Source: Oikopleura dioica (Eukaryota > Animalia > Chordata). Taken from it: a DNA stretch of 64,000 nt. Under the pieces are notes generated by a model that was not told the DNA's origin, did not search any database, and was given only the letters and a program-made list of their open reading frames with translations. Shown in pieces: positions 13,225 to 27,767 of the stretch. Position numbers and translations under genes: made by a program. The number at the start of each line of letters is the position of its first letter. Position 1 is the first letter of the stretch. The stretch lies in NCBI GenBank assembly GCA_907165135.1, contig OU015569.1, positions 10,726,001 to 10,790,000 on the forward strand, given 5' to 3'.

Positions 13225-14565
13225 GAAAAGATGAAGAAACCTGGCTTTATAATCAAAACGTAGCAACAACAAAACAACAACACGCTCAGAGGAAAAAAGA
13301 AACAACGCACAATTTTAATCTTAATCCAATAACTACTGATCTTAATCTTGTATTCTGTTTTAATACTGTTCTTTCAAAATCTATCCTATACTGCAGTTTC
13401 ATTGTGTAAACTCTCAAATGAAAAGAAAATTGAATTCTTCCCAATCGTTTTCCAAACAAATCTAAATACAGATAAGTTCAATTCTCAATTCTCTCCTTTT
13501 CGTACTCGTTCAAATCAATATCTAACGACAGAAATACAGTTTATTCAATATTACTTGAATTCTTATTACATCAGTATTTACTTCGCAAAATTTATGCTTC
13601 ATCGATTTGTATAGTTCTATATTCAACAAGAAAGCCTTGAAATAATCTGATGCAAGACTAAAATTGATCAAAGTTGGCAGCGATAAGCGTAAATGTCCCT
13701 ATGAAAAGCACAACCGATGCTGATGTTTTTGAATTACCCCCCTAAGCAAGAAGTCCTGATAACTTCTCCCTCTCACCGCCCTACGTTTCATAACTTTACT
13801 TATCCGCCATTTACATGCGCCATTTGGCTTCAATACTACTACTCAATTTCAATACCACTATAGTATCGGTCTCCAGAAACCCTTCTTGAGTATCGAAAAG
13901 AGAGTAGTATCGTAGTCAAGCAATATTTCCATAGTTTCTTTTATATTTTTGCGTTTCGAACTGTTATTTTTCAAACTTGCCAAGGAAAAAAGTTCGTTCT
14001 GAAGAACGACGATTACTGAACCCATGTCGCCTTCTTCAGTCTCTATTACAGTAATCTCATGAGACTAACGATACGAGTGACCACTTGTTATTCTGTAACT
14101 GTCTTCAAGTTCCTCCTCGGTGATTTCCCACCACCTTTTCTGTGATTTTGATATTCAAAATATCGAATTTTGTTGATTATTACAGTCGGTTCTACTATTC
14201 TGCTATTTTGGATTTGCAAGACAGTAAATGGACAGAGAGGCAGACTGTCTGCCCCGAGTCTGAAATGCTCGTCTGGGTCTCACTAAAACGCTCATCCAAT
14301 CTAGCTCCCTCCTAGCAGGAAGCAAATCCTGCCATTGAAAAAAAAGAGTAAAATTTACCTCCAAATTGTAACTATTGAAAACAACCGTACTTCCCAAATT
14401 TGACCTTTCCTGACGAGAATAATTAGATATCTTTCTTTATTACTCCCGTTCAGACTACCCTATTATTTGATTTCCGTTTGGCACAAACAAAAAATTGTTA
14501 GGCAAAAAAAGAACTTGATTACTAGCTATTCATCATTTCAGAAACAAAAGTGGGACGAACGAAAA

Positions 14566-15918
<1,353 letters not shown>

Positions 15919-16435
15919 ATTAAAAGATCAAAAATAATAAATCTGATTTTGTAACTTGCTTATACTCGCTGAAAATGAACTACTACTAGATTCGTAACAT
16001 ACCCTTAAAACTAGAGCACTCATCATCAAGTGTGTAAAAGTCCTGCTGTATGATTCAATTTTGCAACAAGAAAAATCAATAAGAAGCCAATCAAGAATCT
16101 AAACTCGCATCATTCTGTAAAGTACTAGCGCTGAATATCCGAAAACACAGACCTTTTTTCGTCATCCTCTTTTTTTCCGTAATCTAAATACCATTCTACT
16201 ATTTTATATTTTGCATCGAAAGACAATTCCACTTTCTAAACTCATAAATGATCAACAGTTTGTCAATTTTGAATATTTTAAAATCCGACTTGCCGCAGTA
16301 AGGAACTTTCTCATATTTTTTATATTTTTTTTTCTGTTCCTAGATTCCATCCTCTCTTGTTCTCGTTTTCTTCACGTTATGGATAATTTATTTTAACAAA
16401 AAAAACAGTTTGAAAGAAAAATTAAATTTTAGACG

Positions 16436-17765
16436 ATGAAATCGCTTATTCTATCGGCACTTTTGGCAGTTTCTAGCGCATGGGAGGAAAAGACAGAGCA
16501 AATGCTTCGTTGGCAGTAAGATAAAAAAATGATGCTCGTTTTGCTATTTTCTTAGGCGAAAGCGCTCCGACTGGGTGATCAAAATGGGTCAGAAGGACTT
16601 CGAAGACTACGTCCGCCAAAAAGGCAAGGAGTACTCAACCCTCGTCATGTTCACGGCGCAGTCTCCGTCACGTGGGTGTCAAATCTGCGCCGAAGCAAGT
16701 GAGGAGTTTTCGATTCTGGCAAAATCAACACGGTATACCGCCACGGAGAGTAACTACGCCAAGATGTTCTTTGTCCTGGTCGATTATGATGAGCACGACG
16801 GACATAGAATTTTTGACGCAATGCGGCTCAAGTCGGGTTTAATCTTGCGAGTTTGTAGAAAAAAGTAGCTCTTTTTCAGCTCCGGCGGTTTATCTTTTCA
16901 ACGAGGCCGGTCGAACATCGAAAAACGATCAGTTCGACATTGCTTCGCGCGGCTACATGGCCGAAGCAATGGCACAGTTCCTCAGCGATCGATCTGGAAT
17001 TCATTTCACTGCTTACCGTCCGCCGAACTACGGCGGCTGGTGGTTCATCTCCCTCATTGCCGTGTCCGCCTTGGCGATTATCTACATGAAGTTAGATAGC
17101 ATAAAAGAGCACTTGAATAGAGACACAATTGGCTATCTTTGCGTCGTTGCGTCGCTCATTTTCACTTCGGGCCAGATGTGGAACTCGATCAGAGGACCTC
17201 AGGAATCGCTTCCAATTAGGACAATCTTCTTTTATGAAATTAAGGGGGTGGACATTAAGAATTGGATTTTTTCTCAGAGTGTTATTTTCCTAAAATAAGT
17301 AAGTGCCACTATTTATGATACTTTTTCGAGGATCTTATGAGAGCGTTTGAAAAGTATATCATGCGCGCGCGTGGCGGCGGGATAGGCTTCGTCTACCCAA
17401 GTTCAAACATGCAGCTCGTCGCGGAGACACATATTGTGATGATCCTTTACGGAGCAGCGACGTTGGGCTCCATTTTGTTGATCAAATGTAAGACTCAATT
17501 GTTTACGGTAAAGGTTGATGCGTGTCCCAAGTGTCGTAGATAGTATTTGCGATACAGTAAGCTGGGATTAGGTATCCAGACTCACGAGCGGGTCTATTTT
17601 TATCTAACGCGTATCAATTAAGCCGCTCAAGCGAAAACCTCCCTCGCCGACCGTCGCTTCTTCATGTTACTCGGTGGCTCTCTTCTATTCGCCGGCTACG
17701 GCCTCACACTCAACGTCTTCAAGAGAAAGTACCGCGGATACCCTTATTCCTTCTTCCTAGGCTAA
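16436..17765 (+). CDS. MAGT1: Oligosaccharyltransferase subunit OST3/6 family (MAGT1/TUSC3)
   Basis: Signal peptide, thioredoxin-like CQIC, RPPNY, GQMWNSIRGP, QLVAETHIV and C-terminal KYRGYPYSF. One intron (17203-17354) is best modelled as GA-AG. Confidence 0.9.
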
Positions 17766-17908
17766 TTTTGTATAAGCCCGCAATTATTGTGTAAAAAGAC
17801 TGCCTCTGAAATTCTTCAATTACGCTCTCGAAAAGCCCGGATTTGAAATCGCTATTATTTTAGAAATTACTCGGGACTCCTGAAAACTGAAACTTGAACT
17901 TTGAGAAG

Positions 17909-18893
17909 ATGGGTTTGCTTTTCACGAAACTAGTGAAGATGTTTATGGACGAGGAACACAAAGTTATTGTTGTCGGATTAGGTGAGTCTAGTCCATTAAA
18001 ATATGGCCACGTGAGGGTATAATCCTTTTTCTCCATTAGTCTGTGAGTCGATGGAGGACTCTACCCTTGCTCTCCATAATAAGGGCAATTCCAGATCATG
18101 TATTTATTGCCACTTCTTTTCTATGATCTTTAGTAGTAACAAACTCAGGATGTGGAGATGCCCTATTTCTGAGGAACAAAAGTAGACTCCTCAGACTCGG
18201 AGACTGTGAGAGAGAGTAGGATGATTATGTTCTCACATGTTCCTTAACTCGAAATGGCGATTAGATACGCAGTCAGTGACGCGTTATTTATTTCAGACAA
18301 CGCTGGGAAGACAACGATTCTATATCAGTTCCTGATGAACGAGGTCGTTCACACGTCCCCAACAATTGGCTCAAACGTCGAGGAGATAGTATGCAAGAAT
18401 GTGCACTTTTTCATGTGGGACATTGGCGGGCAAGAGTCGCTGCGAACGAGCTGGAATACCTACTTCGCCGACTCCGACTTTGTAATTTTCGTCGTCGACA
18501 GCACAGACCGCGAGAGACTTCACATATCCAAAGTAGAGGTAACTAGACGCTTCTGCTAGTAATTCAGTACTAGCTTTACACTCCCTCGAGCTAGTACTAA
18601 TCCCCGCGTTTATCTACAGTGACTTTCCAGAGCTAAGCCCTCCCCTAAGATAGTAAGCCGATTTTCAGCTGAGTAAAATGCTGAGCCACGAAGATCTGTC
18701 CAACGCCAGACTACTAGTATTAGCGAACAAGCAGGACGTAAAGGGATGCATGACGGCGGCTGAGATCAGTCAGCAGCTGCAGCTGACGGAGCTGAAAACG
18801 CACACTTGGAATATTCAGTCGTGTTGCGCGCTCACTGGCGAGGGCCTTTCCGAGGGTTTAGAATGGATGACGCAGCAAGTTTCCGCGAGGTGA
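17909..18893 (+). CDS. ARL5: ARF-like small GTPase 5
   Basis: [14 protein letters not shown]|[54 protein letters not shown]. Confidence 0.93.
18005..18242. repeat. Degenerate long inverted repeat filling ARL5 intron 1
   Basis: Left arm (ggccacgtgag…taatc…agtctgtgagtc…tctacccttg…gggca) pairs patchily with the reverse complement of 18149-18242. Confidence 0.5.
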
Positions 18894-19874
18894 TAGTTTC
18901 TAATCCACTCTTTTAACTCCACTCTGATGCTTTTCTGCCAAACTCTTCCTTCATCTCTTCTTTTTTTTTGTGTTTCTTTCTAAAGGTTCTCTATAAAGTT
19001 TGTAAAGTCCTCCCTTTATGTCTCACACCCGTCCTGTTTTATATCTTGAAGCGGGCGAATATTACATGCGCAAATATTATATATTTTCTTATATCCTTAA
19101 AAAGTTTTATTATCATGTTATCAAATTCGTATGGTTCAACATTTCAATATACAAAAAGGGCCATAAAATAGTAATAACTTCAGTAGCTTGTGATACCAGG
19201 AAGGATATGATCTTCTAGAGTTTTATTATTCTAGTTTAATTGAGAGATACTGACCAAAGTACTAAAATAAGGGCTGGCCTAAGCTATAGCTTCTCTCCAG
19301 GCACTAGTTTACGCCATCCACTTTTTTACTCGTTTCTCTGGTCCATTTTTTAATAATAAAGGTCCGTTCCTAAGGCCCGTTCCGAATATTCAAAGCTATA
19401 GCTTCCTCTTCTTGGACATTTAAATATTTCAATGTCTGCGTACTAGTACACTATTTTAAAAAAAAAAACAAGCTAGTTTCTACGGTAGTTTTCCAAAGTA
19501 AGCAACAATAACCGTTACTCATTATAACCAACGCATTTTCCTATATAAGTATTCTTCTGAACTTCGCATGAATCTTTATCTTGTGCATACTAAATCGTGT
19601 GCTCCTACTATCTAATATGCTAATTTAAATTTCATTTTTTGTTCATCATCAACTTATTTTTTTTAATATTTCTAAGTTCGCGACTTTTCCGTTTTCTCGT
19701 TCACGCCATTTTTTTAAGAATATAATTTTCTCGGGTCTTTTCTTTCAACTGCGAATTTGAATAATTTTCTGGCTGCCACCACTTTTGTTTCAATGAGAAA
19801 GTTCCATCAAGCCAAGAGCGTCAAAATGTAAAAATCTCACCGCCCGAGTCAATTATTTCTCTTTTCAGATCTTG

Positions 19875-21401
19875 ATGAACTTGCTCTTTTTGTTCGTTCA
19901 AGCGCTGCTCCCCTCGGCAAATGCGAAAGCTCCAAAAGAGAAAGATTGGAAGATGAAAGATGGATACTATCCGATCTTGAGCAACTTTTTCGAAGGTAAT
20001 TATTTCCGCTCTTCTCCTTCACTCGTCCCTGAAGCTCGGCAACCTGAATTTAACTCATTCATTTTAGGAAAACTTTACGTGATAAAAGTGCTCGGCCACG
20101 TCGCAAAGGACGTCGGTTCGGTCTGCATCCCTGACAAGAAACAACGATGGCGGTACGCCGATGCCGCTTGCAAACGACTTGGCTTCCCTGGCGTCGAGAA
20201 AGTCGCTAAATTCAGCGAGTCGAGTAGCTTCAGCGGCCCGGGCGCGATTAAATGCGGCAAGACTCGAAGCGACTGCGATCTTGACTACTACGTCACGGGT
20301 GCGAACTGCTCTGCGGATGCTTCATGGCCAGAGGTAGCTCAAACATGATGGCGACAATAAAACCAAAGTTTTTAGTGCGACGTGAAAACGATTGTGGACG
20401 AACAAGGCGAGGAGTGTCTCCGCGATAGGGACGAACTGTATGTTCGATGCAACTTCAAATTGAATATTACTTTCACTGGAAATCAAAAAATCACCAACTT
20501 CATTGAGGAATCATTTCAAGAACTAGAAGTTGTCAAGAACGGGCTGTGCTCTCACGGTAAACTTTGCCAAACCAGCTCATCGAAATGTTGCTTTTTCTAG
20601 GGACGAAAATCAAGATCAACATTTGCGGTCTTGGTCGAACACCACGAATCGCGTCCACTGGCAAGGAACCCCACTGGCAAGGTTTTCCACAATACTGCCA
20701 AGGAGCCGTCATCAAGCAAACATGCTGTCCAACAAATAACGACCCAGTCATCATTCCGAAATTCAACGAAAGCTCTCAAAAGCATGATTTTGAGTACCGC
20801 CCGCCAACTGCTCTCCAAAGGTATTGGAAGAACAAGCGATTATAAAATTTGACTGAAACTTGAGTGATTCTACTTCAATTGACAAATTGACAAATTGTGA
20901 TCCAGATCACCAGTGTAATATTGTTCACTGGAGTCCAGGTGATCGCCTATCTTCGCTCTCATCATCGATTTATCATCCTTTATTCTAAATAACAGCTCCA
21001 ATCATTCCTAAGCCACTTTTTAACACGAAAAATGAAGCTAAAAATTAAAGCTTTAAATTACAGCATATTTTCGATTTATTTTAACAATATTAATTTTAGC
21101 GGAAGAGCTTGAACTTAAATCAAGTCAATGCAGTTTTCCAGTCAATAATCACAAAAAAAGACTCTTTCTTTTCAAAAGAGAAAGCCAGAAAGTGCCAGAA
21201 ATGCTGGCAGAGAATGTAAGGGCAGCGACAGATCTACTCTCGCAAACTCATTCAGCACTTCAAGAGAGCAACGAAATCAAAGACGAATCGAAAACTTCTT
21301 CATTAATCCGAGTTCTCGACGCATTCTCATGTACAAATTGCCTCAAACTTTCCCATTTCTGCTTCTTCATCATTTTTGCACTGTACTCGTTTGGATTCTA
21401 A
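19875..21401 (+). CDS. Secreted/membrane-tethered protein with degenerate SRCR-like domain, paralog 1
   Basis: Signal peptide MNLLFLFVQALLPSANA; GSVC…W…ADAACKRLGFPG resembles the SRCR WGTVC…A…CRQLG core; further Cys-rich exons; hydrophobic C-terminus FCFFIIFALYSFGF*. Confidence 0.6.
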
Positions 21402-21623
21402 CCCTTCTACTTCCTTAAATGTCTGTTAATCAGATGAACGACCCTTCAAAATAATTAAAAATGATGCGCTTTTATTCTTACATAAATAAACACATTCTAT
21501 TAGTAGCTTTTCTAGTTGTTTCTCACTGCCAAAAGCTTCAAGACTAAAAGAGTTTACCTTAGTTCAAGACCCCGCGATTACTAGTCTATTTCCATGTAAG
21601 AACGCATTAGTTAAGACTGATAG

Positions 21624-23180
21624 ATGAATCGTTTGATAGCCATTTTCTTTTCCGTGATCGCCTCCCAGGATGACTACCTGCTGGATGACGGGTTCCACCC
21701 GATTCTGAGTGATTTTTACAGAGGTAACCTATCTGTCCATAAGTGAGGCTGATGTGCCTTACCCTACTTACAGGAAAACTCTACTTCGCTCAAACTATCA
21801 ACAACTTCGCAGAAAACATTGGCTCAGTCTGCGTTGGAGACGGAGCTTACTCGTTAAAAGCACATCGTGGAAAGCGCTTTGCCGATGCAGTTTGTAACAA
21901 GCTTGGATTCAAGGGAGCTAAATTCCACGGCCTGCGAGAGGAATACGAGGCTGGCAACAGAACAAGGTCAATCGAGCCGAGCAAGACTTGCGACTTTGAT
22001 TTCATCGCCAACGGAGCAAAGTGTAATGGAACAGAACTTGAACAAGTAACTAATAGCGCTAGTTTTTGATTGATGGATTGATTCTAGTGTCATCTGCGAG
22101 AAATCGTAGCTTCTGGGAAGCGTTCTTGCATCAACGGCAAAAGCGAGCTCTTCCTTGAGTGTAAATACGAGGGCCACTACGAAAATGAGGAGCTTACTGA
22201 AATTATGACGCTTGGCTGCGAGGACGGTAACCGAAGGTTGCCACTGCATTCGCTTACTATTAATTCGCATAGGAGGTGATTTCGCTACTACTCTTCGCAT
22301 GTGTGGCGTTCCAAAAGAAGAGGATGAAGGCAAACGGGGACTTGCACCGAAGCATTCCTCAGTAAAGCGCTGCTACGGAACTTTAATCGAGCGAAAATGC
22401 TGCGAAAAGGAGCCCACTTCAAATTACAACGCTGAATACTACAGTTACTCGGACTCGAACCCTTTCTCTAACTATGAAAGTAGTTACGATAAGTCCGCTT
22501 ACGACGATGTTGATCACTTCATAAGGTATTTTCTATACAATAGTTTTCTGAGCACTGACGGTACCATGATCTAATCGAGTTGAAGAGGCACCACGCCCAA
22601 TCAAGTGTGTGAATGTGGCAATATAGCACAGTGGAATAGAGGTGATCGAGTGATTCGGCATTTTTCACAGCTAACACGAGGCAAAAACATACTGCTCCCA
22701 TGCTTAAAATAATAACAATGTGATTAAATTAATTATTAATAACTGATATCCACATTCTGGATAATCCACTTTATCTCACGATAAATATAAATACCTTACT
22801 AACCTTTGCATTTTAGTGCACATGGATGAGGTAAACTCTTTCTCGAACGTTTCACCTAATCGTGAAGAAACAATAGACACAGAACAAGGAGGAATCGCCG
22901 GTCAACCGTCCACTTCCGGAACGGACGAATTCCTGGAGGAAGACTCTGACTTCTACTCAGACGGTAAAACTGTCAAATTATGTTAAAAATAAAACTCGAA
23001 TCTAAAGAAGTTGGAAATTCTGAACGCCCAACCGATCATTCCAACGACGATCATGGAGTCCAGAATTCGAGTCAGTCATCGCCGAATACGAATCTCGAAA
23101 ACGCAAAGCCCTCGTCAGCCATAAAACTTGCTTTTGGCTTTCAGATCGCGCTGTGCTTGTTTTTATTCTATTTATTATAA
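21624..23180 (+). CDS. Secreted/membrane-tethered protein with degenerate SRCR-like domain, paralog 2
   Basis: Signal peptide MNRLIAIFFSVIAS; DGFHPILSDFYR|GKLY…GSVC…FADAVCNKLGF aligns with paralog 1 at the same intron positions; acidic linker; hydrophobic tail AFGFQIALCLFLFYLL*. Confidence 0.6.
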
Positions 23181-23391
23181 AGTCCCATTTTGCCTTTACC
23201 TGTCGAAGCCCTCTTTCTTTCTTCAAAAGGAAAAAACCTACTTCCGTACGAGAAACTACCTTGTTTCTAGTAGAAACTACCTCCCAAAGATTAATTCATG
23301 ACAAAAGTTTCAAGTTCAATAAAATTCAACGTTTCTTGCTCTTAGTTGCGTTTTTATCTGATCGCGTTGTTTGTAGATCGAAAGAGAGATC

Positions 23392-24205
23392 ATGTCAGAG
23401 GAACAATTCAAGCAGAGATGGCTATACACTCCTTTTAACGCTCAACTTATCGACAAAACCGTTTCGTTCTACCCCAAACCTAAGGTACCCGCCTTACAAA
23501 ACTAGTGCGCCATACATACCTTTCATTCATGTAGATCTCTCCCGATGAGCGACCGGAGATCCAGGCTCACCTTGCCGACTCTGAGAAGCAGCAGCTTTCT
23601 TCTCTCCACCGAGGACACCTTGGTATTCCAGAAGAAATTCTCAAAGCAGGAGCTTCTCAGTACGCCACTATGTGCTCTAATATCAATAATAAGGTACTGA
23701 TCCAGCTTAATTGCATTTTACATCCCATTTTTAGTTTATGCTTTGCAAGCAAGAAACTCATGGTGACCCCAGAGCCTGCCTAAAGCTCGGCAACGCTGTG
23801 AGGTAACACGCTAGAATGTTTCAAATGAATATTAATGTTATTAAACAGCGATTGCGCTGGTGAATTCTTCCGAGAAGCGCTCAACCGATGCAACAAAGAG
23901 CTCCTTGACTATTCTGACTGCATGGAGCAGGATCCAAGAAGACGTCCCGTATTCTGTAGACGAGTTCAGCTCACCTGGGACAAATGCGCGCTTGAGAAAC
24001 TTGGCTTAGATAAGGTTCGCTGTCTTTCTCGTAGTATTGAAATAATTTGCGCTTTCAGCAATTCTGGACTTCTCCCGCTGGCCCAGTAGTCGAAGGCACT
24101 GTCCCCGCCAAGCCCAAGAACCCTCTTCAACTCAAGCCAACCGTCCGAATGGACGACCCCGTTGAGGCCGGTTTCGCAACAAGATTTAAAGTTTTGTTTT
24201 TCTAA
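23392..24205 (+). CDS. NDUFA8: NADH dehydrogenase 1 alpha subcomplex subunit 8
   Basis: ILKAGASQYATMC…FMLCKQE…DPRACL…DCAGEFF…C…Y…C twin Cx9C pattern; N-terminal extension relative to vertebrate NDUFA8. Confidence 0.85.
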
Positions 24206-24442
24206 AAACAACGACGTTGCAAAACCAAACGCAGGTCAAATTCTAGACCAATTGACAATAGCCGTTTAATTTATTTTGACCAAGTCGACACAACTCACCC
24301 CTGTTCGATGATTTTGGTTGTTCCTCTGTTCATATTCTAATTTCCTATAATATTTATCTGTTGGATTCTTTTCCGTCCAACAAGCCAGGACTGATCTTTT
24401 AACTTATCGCTTTTTAAAACGCGTATGGTGCTTCAGAGAGAA

Positions 24443-26153
24443 ATGGCCGGCGCAGCATGTGTTGCTCAACCGACAAATAACGACTTACAGCAACTTTACC
24501 ATGACCTTAATTCTGTATGAACGATAATGTGAGGATTCTACTAACCCTTCTCTTAGGCAAAAGAGCGCTCGGACCAAGAGACAATCCGCAAAAATGAGGC
24601 GAAGATCATCGAGCTCGGCGAGTGGCTTCAAAAGCAGGGCAATGCCAAGGAGCTCGGTGAACTCGTGAAAAACGTGCGCCCGTATTTGGGTTCGCTGAGC
24701 AAGGCCAAGGCTGCCCGCCTTGTTCGAACCCTCGTCGACTTATTCCTTGATATGGATTCAGGTAGACCTTACTTTGAATCCCCGTCTTATCCGTTTCCCA
24801 AAAGCCATTGGAGTGGAAGTCGATCTGTGCAAAGAATGCATACAATGGGCGATGGAGGAGAAGCGCACATACCTGCGGCAGGCTCTTGAAGCCCGCCTAA
24901 TGGCCCTCTACTTCGACACAAAAACTACAAGGAGTGTCTTGGCCTCGGACAGCGCCTTTACTCCGAACTGAAAAAGCTTGATGACAAAGCTTTGCTCGTT
25001 GAAATCCAGCTTACTGAATCAAAGGTAGCTTCAACGTTTAATCCGTATCTCACCTTCTCAGGCGTATCACTCAATCGGCAACCTTCAAAACTCCCGTGCC
25101 GCGCTTACTTCCGCTAGAACGACCGCCAACGCTATTTACTGTCCTCCACGAACGCAAGCAAATCTCGACATGCAAGCGGGTATCCTCCATGCTGCCGAGA
25201 ACAAGGACTGGAAGACTGCATTCAGGTGCAATCAGGCTTCGTTTTGCTCGAATAAAAGGTGTTTTCAGTTACTTTTACGAAGCATTTGAGGGATTCGATT
25301 CTTGCGACCTTAAGAAAAAGGCTGTTCAGAATCTAAGGTAAACGAAAAGTGAAAACAACAAGGTCTTACAAAAACTACCCCACATAGATACATGATTATG
25401 TGCAAAATCATGAACAACAACGAGGAAGAAGTGTCGAATCTGCTCACAGCTAAGCTAGCAATCAAATACAAGGGTCCGGAAATTGAAGCAATGAAGGTAA
25501 ATGCTGATACCGTTCTTTACTGAACTTAGAGCGAGTTTAAAACCAGTGGGCCCTTTCGGCGGTTGTTTTAATGCGAGTAAAATGTCAATTCTTTTTGTAG
25601 GACATTTGCAAAGCCTCCGCTGACCGTGATGTTCATAAACTCGAAGCCGCATTTGTCAAATATCAGCCGCAGCTCAGCGACGACACAGTTATACAGGTGA
25701 ACTGTTTGGACCGAGGTCGAAGTCTCCCCGTCTCATGACTAAAAACTCTTTCTAGGAACACTTCGAAAGTCTGAAGTCCAATCTCCTCGAAAAGAATTTA
25801 AAACGACTGATCGAACCGTACTCCCGTGTGGAAATTTCCAAAATCGCCAAGCTTATCGACCTAGACGAACTCGAAATCGAGGTAGAAATCGTTCTTAAAA
25901 ATCGAATGTTTATTAAAATATCTAGCGAAAACTTTCTCAAATGATCTTGGATAAGAAGCTAATTGGTATTTTGTCCCAAGAAGATCGTGCTCTTCAAATC
26001 TTCGAACCATCAGAATCGGATAAAGTTTATGAGGTTCGTCCGTCCTTTCCTTTCCTAAAGGGCTATCCTTTCACTTTAGGACTCTTTGGAAATGATCGGT
26101 GCTCTGGAAGACGTCGTTGCATCTCTCTACAAAAAGCTGAAAAATTGAAGTAA
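24443..26153 (+). CDS. PSMD11: 26S proteasome lid subunit RPN6; two apparent 1-bp homopolymer frameshifts
   Basis: [79 protein letters not shown]. Frame breaks in A-runs at 24920-24924 and 26131-26135. Confidence 0.93.
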
Positions 26154-26714
26154 CCGCAATAAGAAGAATAACAAGCTCCCGTCTTTATTTCTCCCTCGAA
26201 AAAACACCAAGGATAAAAGCATTTCTAATGAAAAAACACTCTACGCTTGTACTGTAATAACTAGTTCAAATTACAATATAACATGTAAGAATCAAGACCA
26301 GCTTATTTGTTTCAACGAGAATTACAGAGGACAGGACTGGAATTCTTTATTTGACGTGTCTTCCGATCTAAGAAAAATTTTTCCAGGCACTGCGGAATTT
26401 TAGTGGAAACGCAGCAAGTGGAAACTCACTCTGCAGGCTCATAGGAACTCGCTTCAAGCACGGATAGGAAAGCAAATTATTATCTGTTGACAGGGGCAAG
26501 AGTTGTGAATTGCTAGTAAAATTTCAAGAATTCCTCCGCTTAAAATATGATTAACGAACAAGAATCTAATTAGACTTTTCTATTTCCAGATTTCTATTTC
26601 CGATTATCCAGAAACCTAATTTTACGTCGATTTTATTGATGGCCAAGTTGTTGGTATCCACGGAAATCCAACTTTTATTTAAAATTTCATTAAAAATTCT
26701 TGCCGATAATAAAG

Positions 26715-27296
26715 ATGTCGGGTGCTGTTCCAGAAGACTCTTTGAGCGCACATTTTTGTCGTATGATTCCTGTCCATTCCAACAAGTCATTGCTTTTCGA
26801 CCTTGCTTTGATGAGTGAAAAAGTTCGCTGTGGTGAAGCGGTACTCTACTTTCTAATTACTTGTCAAATGGCAAGCCAGAAGGAAGAACTATAAATACGA
26901 ACGTCCAGCTTCGTTCATTATAAGCAAGAAAATCCAGAGTTAGAAAACCAAAATGACTTCCACAAGTAAGGACATGAAAAGGGATGAAAAGAGCACCTAG
27001 AGCTCGCTAACTCTGCACAATCCTTCCAAACTGAGTGATAGTTACTACAGCAAGATTAACTATCATCGAAGCACTTTTCGCACGAACCGTCTCTTCTACT
27101 TTTTATCCTGAGTAATCACGCATGAATAACTAACTATCTTCAGGCTCCAACAACTCCTTGACACCTTACTCTGGTGGTGGGGGTCGCGACGGTCGACGAG
27201 TGGACCAAAACAACAACTATTGCTAATAATTGCAATACGCTTACACCCTTCATCTTCAAAAACTATCCTCCAACGATTGGCGATCCTGATCGTTAA
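26715..27296 (+). CDS. Possible small multi-exon hypothetical gene
   Basis: Exon-like segments bounded by GT/AG; no consistent full model and no recognisable motif. Confidence 0.2.
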
Positions 27297-27767
27297 GAAT
27301 AACGCTTTCGAAACTCTTCTGTTTTGAATAAGAAATTGACACTTTCCATTGGAAATAAACTTCTCCTTCTTCAGTTCTGCCTTTTTGAATTTTCAATCGA
27401 ATTTCGCAGGAAAAAAATGAAACTTGTTAACTATCCTCGATGTTGACAAAATGTGCAATACACATAAAACGAGGTCATAAATCATCGACTACTCAATGTA
27501 TTTCCTACTGTAATTGCGAAGCGGTGACATTTTGCCAAAGGATCTGAGCTGTTTACGAGGAGTTCTGGATGTTTTGAGGAAACAGATTTATGGCCGTGGC
27601 GCCCGAACTGCTTGCTGACGGCTACAGGCCGCAAAAAGGGGGTTGAGGGGTCAATCTGAGCAGAACACGACAGAGCGAAGACAAGTTACAAACCATTCAG
27701 AGCTTTTTCGAAAATTTCGGTCAATACACATGGTCCTCAAACGATCCGTTTTTCTTGAAGGTAAATC

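Noticed and set aside
24443-26153. PSMD11 as a pseudogene or programmed-frameshift gene
   Set aside because: Both breaks are single-base losses in A homopolymers in an otherwise intact essential gene; assembly error is more parsimonious.
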